Of a DNA stretch of 15,154 nt, positions 9,003 to 15,154 are shown one piece after another. The stretch covers positions 1 to 15,154 of the forward strand of contig JBNKNM010000130.1 of NCBI GenBank assembly GCA_050293845.1, given 5' to 3'. A program made the translations under genes and the position numbers. Numbering within the stretch: the stretch's first letter is position 1; every line of letters starts with the position of its first letter. The DNA is from Pseudobacteriovorax sp. (GTDB lineage: Bacteria > Bdellovibrionota_B > Oligoflexia > Oligoflexales > Oligoflexaceae). The notes beneath the pieces are model-generated. The model did not search any database, had not been told where the DNA came from, and was given only the letters and a program-made list of their open reading frames with translations.

Positions 9003-9605
9003 TCATCGGTGTGTGTTCGCATTTTTCCGGCTATCCTCTAGAGCTTTCAGGGATCGGTAGCGGCGTTTGAGTGGGTCACCTGGGGTTAATTTTTCAAGCT
9101 CCTCCTGGGCAATTTGAGGCTGAATCTCCTTGAACTGCTCCATAGCCCGCCAACGAAGGATTGTAGGTTGGTTTTTGTCGCGGATAGTACCTAACAGCTG
9201 TTTGAGGCTACCTGGCATTCTTATATCTTTTATAGCTGCAATGGAAGCTTTGAGGCTTTGTTCGGGATTGCTGCTATTGTATTCTGAAGGTCGCATGCGC
9301 TGCAACCGTTCATTTTCAGGGTTTTTCTGACTTTTTATAGACTGCGCCTTTGCTGCGCCTTGCTCTTCAGGTCGTGGCATAATAATGGCATTAGAGGATT
9401 CTAAAGGAACTTGGATTGGTTGAACTTGCCTATCTATCATACCTTCTCTATCGAAAGATTTTTCAGGTATAGCATGAGACTCTATGGCATTCTCAGAAAC
9501 TACTTCCAGAGACTTCTCCTGTAGGCGGCTTCTTGCAGAAAAAAGTAAATAGATACCCGCTACAAAACCAATACAGGAAAGTGCAACACCGACTTTCAAA
9601 GCCAT
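9003..9605 (-). CDS. Hypothetical single-pass membrane-anchored protein with small helical (HEAT-like) C-terminus
   Basis: 200-aa ORF with an N-terminal TM segment (VGVALSCIGFVAGIYLLF), a low-complexity linker and LKQLLGTIRDKNQPTILRWRAMEQF. RBS AAGGA; 9 nt downstream of sixA. Confidence 0.6.
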   Translation of the reverse strand: MALKVGVALSCIGFVAGIYLLFSARSRLQEKSLEVVSENAIESHAIPEKSFDREGMIDRQVQPIQVPLESSNAIIMPRPEEQGAAKAQSIKSQKNPENERLQRMRPSEYNSSNPEQSLKASIAAIKDIRMPGSLKQLLGTIRDKNQPTILRWRAMEQFKEIQPQIAQEELEKLTPGDPLKRRYRSLKALEDSRKNANTHR

Positions 9606-9614
9606 ATGATTTCC

Positions 9615-10088
9615 TTATATAATCTTTTCCAATTTCCAGCACTGAATGCTAGTAAGACAGACAACCCAACTTTCGTCTTCCTGATTTTGCAGTAATGCCG
9701 CCTGCCCAGTGCCTAAGTTATGGTAGTGGCCCGTCAAGACCCCAACAGCATCACTCCACCCAGGATTATGACCAATAAGTAAAAGTGTTTCATGAGCCTC
9801 CAGTTCTGCAACCTCTTCTATGATCTGGTCATATCCAGCCAAATAAAATTTTGGGCTTACCTTCTCAAACTTAGGCTTTAAACCTGTGAAATTTGATATA
9901 ACCTGCATGGTTTCTAAAGTGCGGCGGCTATCGCTGCAAATAATAGCATCGGGAAACCAACCTCGAGCTGACAATTCTGTTGCCACAGCTACAATTTGTT
10001 CACGCCCATAGCTGGTTAAGGCACGACTATGATCATCTCCTTTCGATAATACTGCTTCTCCATGACGGAGTAAGATGATGCGTTTCAA
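9615..10088 (-). CDS. sixA: SixA-family phosphohistidine phosphatase
   Basis: LLRHGEA catalytic motif, DHSRALT, SDSRRTLET and LLIGHNPG; 157 aa; TTG start. Confidence 0.88.
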   Translation of the reverse strand: MKRIILLRHGEAVLSKGDDHSRALTSYGREQIVAVATELSARGWFPDAIICSDSRRTLETMQVISNFTGLKPKFEKVSPKFYLAGYDQIIEEVAELEAHETLLLIGHNPGWSDAVGVLTGHYHNLGTGQAALLQNQEDESWVVCLTSIQCWKLEKII

Positions 10089-10091
10089 TGC

Positions 10092-11324
10092 TTAGCTGGC
10101 CTCTTGTCCATTATTTGACTCCTGTTTATATTCTTTTAACTTTTCTTCAGCTTGCTTAAAGTCAGGGTATTTAGCAACGATTTTTTCTAAAAGCTTCACA
10201 GCTTCGACCAAAGTTCCCTTTGATTTTAACAAAATTGCCTTGTTAAACAAAGCAGGCTTGTTTTCTGGATCAAGCTTAATCACGGCGTTATAGGTGCGCA
10301 AAGCCTCTTCATACTGCTCCGATTCTTTGTAGGATATTCCAAGCTGGTTTAAATAAACGACATTATTCGGCTCGTGGCCAAGTGCTGACCTGATATGGCG
10401 AATAGCTTTTTTGAAATCCCTCAGAACGTAGTAACCTTGGCTTAGATAGTGATGGATGGCGGGAAAAACCAACTCATTGCTAATAGCTATATTCAAAAGA
10501 TCGACTGCCTCTCTGTGACGTTTGAGATCGAATAGTAACCCAGCAGCTTTTTCATAGCGCACAGGATTTAAGGGAGATAGCTTAATAGCCATCTTAAACT
10601 GTAAGACAGCGTCTTCGATGCGATTTTGATTAGCATAAAATGATCCACGCTCCACGTAGGTATGCACATAATGGCCATTTCTTTTTTGGGCATCGTTAAA
10701 TAACTTCTCCGCTTCCTCAGCATGGCCCTGTTGAGCGGCAATCATAGCAAGGCCCACTATGGGACGAGCGGCTTTTTGGGTGACTTCCGATAAACTTAAG
10801 AAAATCTTCTTTGCCAGATCTAAATTCCCCTGCTTAAATTGCTTTTTAGCAGCTTCATACAGCAGCTCTGGATTATTTGGGTTATGATAGGTTTTAAATG
10901 CCTGCTTAAGCTTAGGCAGAATATCTTTTAAGGTAAAAGGTTTTACCAGCACTCCGTCAACACCATTCTCTGTGGCAAGCATGATTTTCTCACGACTTGC
11001 CTGCTCGATGGCAATTGCAAAGGGACCACGTGTCAGATTTGCATCTGACTTAATCTCTTGTAAAAAATCAAAACCATTCATCACCGGCATCTCATGATCA
11101 CAAACCGTCAGGGAGATACCACCTTGCCCTTTTCCAAGCCATTCCAAGGCTTCTAGACCATTGGAGAATTGCTTGATATTTTTAAATCCCAACTTGTTGA
11201 GATGATGGGCAATAATCAAGCGCATATCGATTTGATCTTCGACAATGACGATCACTTCTTCTTGATCGATAATTTTGGGAAAGGTAATTTTATATGTGGT
11301 GATTAAATCTCGAATTTCGGCCAT
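10092..11324 (-). CDS. Response regulator: CheY-like receiver domain + TPR repeats
   Basis: VIVEDQ, VCDHEMPVMNG (phospho-Asp) and VKPF, followed by multiple TPR-like helices (e.g. YLNQLGISYKESEQYEEALRTYNAVIKLDP). Strong RBS GAGGAGG. Confidence 0.9.
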   Translation of the reverse strand: MAEIRDLITTYKITFPKIIDQEEVIVIVEDQIDMRLIIAHHLNKLGFKNIKQFSNGLEALEWLGKGQGGISLTVCDHEMPVMNGFDFLQEIKSDANLTRGPFAIAIEQASREKIMLATENGVDGVLVKPFTLKDILPKLKQAFKTYHNPNNPELLYEAAKKQFKQGNLDLAKKIFLSLSEVTQKAARPIVGLAMIAAQQGHAEEAEKLFNDAQKRNGHYVHTYVERGSFYANQNRIEDAVLQFKMAIKLSPLNPVRYEKAAGLLFDLKRHREAVDLLNIAISNELVFPAIHHYLSQGYYVLRDFKKAIRHIRSALGHEPNNVVYLNQLGISYKESEQYEEALRTYNAVIKLDPENKPALFNKAILLKSKGTLVEAVKLLEKIVAKYPDFKQAEEKLKEYKQESNNGQEAS

Positions 11325-11351
11325 AGCAGAACCTCCTCATCGGTACTATTT

Positions 11352-11378
11352 GATTCGGAGGTTTCACTTTATACTTTA
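11352..11378 (-). promoter_or_regulatory. Putative sigma28 (FliA)-type promoter upstream of REC-TPR/sixA
   Basis: Minus strand reads TAAAGTAT-N11-TCCGAATC versus extended consensus TAAAGTTT-N11-GCCGATAA. It lies in the only sizeable gap (68 nt) of the minus-strand run. Confidence 0.5.
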
Positions 11379-11392
11379 GGGTGTTAGCCGAA

Positions 11393-12511
11393 TTATCTTT
11401 GCATGGCCCTGAGAAAAAACTCGTTTTCATCCTGCGTGCCAATACTTACCCGCAGACATCCAGCCAAACCAGGGCCACCAGATATATTGCGCACAAGGAC
11501 ACGATTCTTTACTAAATTATGGTATGCCTCTTGGCAAGATTGCTGATTTTGCCACTGCAATAGTAAAAAATTGGCCTTCGAGGGAATGACTCTAAAATTA
11601 TTAGCTTTTGCTAGAGGGATTAGTTTGGTTCGGACGCTTTCTCGCTCTGCAATAGCGTTCCTAACATTATTTTGGACAAATTCTTGCATTTCAGGGTCAC
11701 TTAGAATGACTTTAGCAGCTTCCATCGCGAAATGATTAAGCAAGTACGGAAGTCTTACTTTTTTCAACTGGGCGATAAGAGGAGCAGCTCCGATTAAATA
11801 TCCAAGCCGGATGCCCGCAGCTCCCATTGTCTTAGACATAGTTCGCAGTATCATCAGATTAGAGTGACGCTGCAGTAGCTCTATGTACGGCTGATCATTG
11901 AACTCAAAGTAAGCTTCATCTGCCAAAAACATCGATCGGGGATGATCTCCTAAGAGTTTGTCCAATAAATTAATGTCCAAGCTAGTACCAGTGGGATTAT
12001 TGGGACTGGCGAAAACCACTAAGGATTGTTCCGGTAATGGGGGCAAACTTGCTAAATCGTACTCAAAGTCCTTATTTAAGTTCCAAGGTTCATAGGATAT
12101 GCCCGCATATTGGCAATGCATCTCAAAAAGAGCAAAGCTGGGGCGGGCAATTACAACCTTTCCTTTAACATTTCTCCCCATTGTATCAATGATCAGCGGG
12201 ATTAATGCATTCGATCCAGGGCTGGTCAATAAGCACTCCGGAGAAACCCCCACATAAGAACCGAGTAAGTGATGCAAATCAACGCCATAGGATTCAGGGT
12301 AGCGGTTCCAGGACTTAGCACGAACGCGATCGAGAATTCTTTGCTTTAACGCTGGAGGCCAGTCCCAAGGACTTTCATTCTGATCAAGTTTAACTTCAAC
12401 CTCAGGGGTATCGATCTTATAGGGGTTCGTACTGAGTAAGCTAGGCAAAAAGAATTGTTCTAGCCAAGGCTTTTCCGGCTCCTTAGGAATTATGATTCTA
12501 TCTGTACTCAT
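11393..12511 (-). CDS. hisC: Histidinol-phosphate aminotransferase (PLP-dependent class I/II)
   Basis: KLDQNESP, NRYP, SPNNPTG, DEAYFEF, RTMSKTMGAAGIRLGY (PLP lysine), SKANF and LRVSIGT motifs. Confidence 0.88.
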   Translation of the reverse strand: MSTDRIIIPKEPEKPWLEQFFLPSLLSTNPYKIDTPEVEVKLDQNESPWDWPPALKQRILDRVRAKSWNRYPESYGVDLHHLLGSYVGVSPECLLTSPGSNALIPLIIDTMGRNVKGKVVIARPSFALFEMHCQYAGISYEPWNLNKDFEYDLASLPPLPEQSLVVFASPNNPTGTSLDINLLDKLLGDHPRSMFLADEAYFEFNDQPYIELLQRHSNLMILRTMSKTMGAAGIRLGYLIGAAPLIAQLKKVRLPYLLNHFAMEAAKVILSDPEMQEFVQNNVRNAIAERESVRTKLIPLAKANNFRVIPSKANFLLLQWQNQQSCQEAYHNLVKNRVLVRNISGGPGLAGCLRVSIGTQDENEFFLRAMQR

Positions 12512-12526
12512 ATGAACTCTCCACTA

Positions 12527-12988
12527 TTAAAACAAGTTTCTTTGGCGTAGCTGATCATAAACGACGATGGACACCGCATTTGCTAGATTCAGGCTGCGGA
12601 CATTATCATGGAACATAGGGATTTTATACATTTTATTATGGTGGTGATGGTGAAAATCTTTAGGAAATCCAGCAGTTTCTTGTCCAAACACCAAAACCTC
12701 GGTATCGGTAGGAACCTCTACATAGCTAGCCTGCGCAAATTTTGAGAAAAAAGCAACTCGCCCGTCAACCTGATCATATAGCTGTTCAAAACTATTATGA
12801 ATTTCTAGATCTAAAAAAGGCCAATAATCCAGCCCTGGACGTCTGACATTTTTGTCGTCCATGGAAAACCCAAAGGGTGTTATCAAGTGCAAGCGACAGG
12901 CGGTTGCAGCTGCCAACCTTCCAATATTGCCAGTATTCTGTGGGATCTCAGGACGATACAAACAGATTTGCGGGTGACCTTGCTTCAA
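12527..12988 (-). CDS. trmL: tRNA (cytidine/uridine(34)-2'-O)-methyltransferase, SPOUT family
   Basis: LYRPEIPQNTGNIGR, RRPGLDYW, VFGQETAG and IPM..VRSLNLANAV motifs. TTG start after AAGGA. Confidence 0.93.
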   Translation of the reverse strand: MKQGHPQICLYRPEIPQNTGNIGRLAAATACRLHLITPFGFSMDDKNVRRPGLDYWPFLDLEIHNSFEQLYDQVDGRVAFFSKFAQASYVEVPTDTEVLVFGQETAGFPKDFHHHHHNKMYKIPMFHDNVRSLNLANAVSIVVYDQLRQRNLF

Positions 12989-13000
12989 GCTATTTCCTTT

Positions 13001-13624
13001 TCATTGTTTAGTTTGGATAATATTCCCATCTGTCTGTTGCATCAACTTCTTAAAGGCCCGCCTATAAAGCATAAAGCTTGCGATTTTAACGATAATGTGA
13101 CCCAAAAGTGAGGGCCATATACTTGCAGTGACTGCATACATCCAAGCGAAAATAATACCTGTTATAAAGGCCATGAGAGTCCAAGAACCGATGCGGTTTC
13201 CAGGGCCCAGGTGAACTAGGGTAAACAAGACCGCCGTGAAAGGGGCTCCTACCTCGGGTTGAATGGCACCCTGAAACATCAATTGCTCTGCCACAGCAGT
13301 AATGACCGCCAAATAAATTCCCACACTGCTCTGTAACCCGCCAATATATTGCACGAGAACGCTCTTATAGGCTTTGAAGCTGGGGAAAAACTCCTCAAGA
13401 AGAAATTGACCGATAAGTAAGACCCCAATGGATAGAGCTGTTAAGGTAAGGAGCTGAGTGATGGAAAAACTCGGGACATTCCAGGAGAATAGCACCGGTA
13501 TCCCTTGATGCTGGAAATGAACTATCAGCAAGGCAATGACTGCCATACCTCCGTAGAAGAGCGTCGAGTTCAAGAGCATTTGACCTATCGGTACGTTTTT
13601 TTGACTAACATCTTGTCTGCTCAT
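13001..13624 (-). CDS. CPBP (CAAX protease/Abi)-family intramembrane protein with degenerate motifs
   Basis: Several TM helices; motif positions AEQLMFQG, FTLVH and HIIVK. Start probably ATG 13624 (MSRQD); the ORF track extends to 13669. Confidence 0.75.
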   Translation of the reverse strand: MSRQDVSQKNVPIGQMLLNSTLFYGGMAVIALLIVHFQHQGIPVLFSWNVPSFSITQLLTLTALSIGVLLIGQFLLEEFFPSFKAYKSVLVQYIGGLQSSVGIYLAVITAVAEQLMFQGAIQPEVGAPFTAVLFTLVHLGPGNRIGSWTLMAFITGIIFAWMYAVTASIWPSLLGHIIVKIASFMLYRRAFKKLMQQTDGNIIQTKQ

Positions 13625-13729
13625 TTTATATCTCATGTGATTATCAGGAACAGCTTCACCTAGAACCAAAATGTCTTAATGGTTTTTTATTGAAAAATCA
13701 CGTAATTTCGGGAGCTGAGGAGGCAATTT

Positions 13730-14794
13730 ATGACAAGATCACAGTCCACCTACATCTGTTTTACACTAATCCTAGTCTTACTGACATTACCGATTAAGGC
13801 GAATGTACGGCTGCAAACGCAACAGCTTGACGAGGTCATCGGTCTACTGGAACTCAAAAAACCATATGCTGATAGGGAGTTGTGGCTAAAGAATGCTGCA
13901 TCCCTGCATAGAATTATTCAGAAAAATAAGCTTACAGACCAGCAGTTTGCCGTAGCATTAAATCAGTTACTGGCTTCTTCTGGCATCTACAGCCCTGCGG
14001 TATTTTCTACGGACTCATTCCCCTATCTGCAAATGCTGCACCCTGAGAAAAGCCACCTTTGGGGTTACATCGCAAAGTTGCATGGCAGCGCCTCCTACAT
14101 TCAATATGTACTGAATGCCGGATCTACTCTACAGAGAGGGGATCGCTTGGAAAAGCCTCCATCCCTACCTAAGCCAAAAGGATCTATTTCCTTAATTATT
14201 AAAAAATCTCCCCTGAAAGCCAATCAAGTGCTCAGCACTCCCCAAGATCATAGAAGCCTCCGCGAGGCATTTTTTGACTTCAGCTATCGTAGTATAGGGA
14301 CATTTACAGCACAGAATCAGCAACACCCCTACATTCATTTGCTGGATTGCGGGTCCTCCAGTCTTCCCTTAATAAAAACCTGGATAGGGAAGGCAAAAAA
14401 AACGGCCCATTTCTTTTTAGACCTGAGAGATTGCTACTGCGAAGATTCCACTGCTATTACAGCAACCATTCACAAACAGCTCCCGCAGTCCAAAATCGTC
14501 ATTCTGCAAAACAAGGGGACCCGCTTGGGAGCTGAACACCTCATCCAAAGTATAAAATCATCATGGCGAGAAAATTCTGTCAGCATAGGTGAGCCAACAG
14601 GAGGTTTTAGTAGTCCTCGCCAAGCCTTGAAGCTTAGTATGGGCGATCTATGGCTATTGATACCGGAGCACAAGCAGACTGTTGCTCCCCTGGCTCCAGA
14701 CTTTTTTACTAAGGACAGTTTTATATATGCACAGGGGCAAGACGATCTTTTAAATGCAGCACAAGCCTACGTGTTCTCGAAAAAAAGTCATTAA
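13730..14794 (+). CDS. Exported S41 (tail-specific protease)-like protein, probably catalytically degenerate
   Basis: Signal peptide (…LTLPIKA) and RBS GAGGAGG. S41 landmarks in the expected order: YIHL, FLDLR, IVILQNKGTRLGAE, IGEPTGG, APD. Confidence 0.7.
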   Translation: MTRSQSTYICFTLILVLLTLPIKANVRLQTQQLDEVIGLLELKKPYADRELWLKNAASLHRIIQKNKLTDQQFAVALNQLLASSGIYSPAVFSTDSFPYLQMLHPEKSHLWGYIAKLHGSASYIQYVLNAGSTLQRGDRLEKPPSLPKPKGSISLIIKKSPLKANQVLSTPQDHRSLREAFFDFSYRSIGTFTAQNQQHPYIHLLDCGSSSLPLIKTWIGKAKKTAHFFLDLRDCYCEDSTAITATIHKQLPQSKIVILQNKGTRLGAEHLIQSIKSSWRENSVSIGEPTGGFSSPRQALKLSMGDLWLLIPEHKQTVAPLAPDFFTKDSFIYAQGQDDLLNAAQAYVFSKKSH

Positions 14795-14801
14795 TTCGGG
14801 A

Positions 14802-14996
14802 TCAGAAATATTTTCTTTTTGGTTTGGATCTATAAAGACCAATTTCAATAGAATAGTTTTCGTAGTTTAACTTAAAATTATTTGAAAGATTGGAACTAAC
14901 AACACCACTGATGTCTCCTAACAAATTATTTGCTACCTTTACGTTAAGTGTGTTGCTTTCAGTGTAGAACTCATAACCTTCATCGGTATAATACCA
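14802..14996 (-). pseudogene. Possible orphan 3' gene fragment next to the IS end
   Basis: 64 stop-free codons in AT-rich DNA (WYYTDEGYEFYTESNTLNVKV...YRSKPKRKYF*), preceded by an in-frame TAA and with no ATG. Confidence 0.3.
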
Positions 14997-15154
14997 TTAA
15001 TCCTTCAGTGACATCTTCTCTCGACTGAAGTCGAAAGCATCCTGTAGTTAGGATGTCCGAAGCATGGTCACATGAGCCACGCTTACTTGAGGTTTGCAGG
15101 AGAATGGAGCCAGCTCTAGTTTCCTGCTACTATCGGGAAGATTTCCAGAAAGGC
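14988..15154 (-). ncRNA. Putative TnpB-associated omega/reRNA (3' part of scaffold plus ~20-nt flanking guide), 5'-truncated
   Basis: Four consecutive hairpins whose G-U wobbles favour the minus strand: GCAGGA/UCCUGC, AGCGUGG/CCAUGCU, CAUCCU/AGGAUG and CUUUCGAC/GUCGAGAG. A loop GUGAC is complementary to the terminal GUCAC. Confidence 0.6.
15008..15041 (-). mobile_element. Right end (RE) of an IS200/IS605-family element; element body extends beyond the window
   Basis: Minus strand reads GATG-CTTTCGAC-TTCA-GTCGAGAG-AAGATG-TCAC: a 4-nt guide, an 8-bp stem with one G-T pair, a 6-nt spacer and a tetranucleotide cleavage site. This is the IS608/ISDra2-type RE layout. Confidence 0.78.

Noticed and set aside
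12638..12652. HHHHH tract in TrmL
   Set aside because: It is a short run of mixed codons in a variable segment of the family, with no evidence of function or of an engineered tag.
13705..13730. Minus-strand TAAA-N14-CCCGAAAT upstream of the CPBP gene
   Set aside because: The spacing is off by one and the motif overlaps the RBS and start of the divergent gene, which explains the sequence.
2071..14673. Short alternative-frame or antisense ORFs (2071, 2397, 3439, 3706, 5471, 5903, 7144, 7664, 8417, 9130, 12887, 14347, 14470)
   Set aside because: All overlap longer genes with recognisable motifs and show no domain signatures; they are shadow ORFs.
15008..15154. Terminal hairpins as a rho-independent terminator, tRNA, tmRNA, RNase P, 6S RNA or IscB/HEARO RNA
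   Set aside because: There is no U-tract, cloverleaf or hallmark motif of those RNAs. The layout and terminal TCAC fit an IS200/IS605 right end on the minus strand better.

Overview
Bacterial genomic DNA that is AT-rich on the left and somewhat higher in GC on the right. Gene content suggests a Bdellovibrionota/Oligoflexia-like or other deltaproteobacterial-type host (inference only). The left 8 kb (+ strand) is an accessory-looking envelope cluster: two paralogous proteins built of OmpL47-type Ig-like repeats (the first 5'-truncated), a beta-propeller/Y_Y_Y membrane protein with no signalling output domain, and a multi-TerB-domain protein. A Cys-rich lipoprotein follows. The middle and right hold a minus-strand run (CPBP-like gene, trmL, hisC, REC-TPR regulator, sixA, membrane-anchored hypothetical), divergent from an S41-like protease homologue. 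Both protease homologues have degenerate catalytic motifs. The most notable non-coding signal is the last ~150 nt. On the minus strand it reads as an IS200/IS605 right end (GATG / 8-bp hairpin / TCAC) within a series of hairpins with a possible pseudoknot, consistent with a TnpB-type omega/reRNA whose guide would start at 15007. No CRISPR array, tRNA or rRNA was seen.
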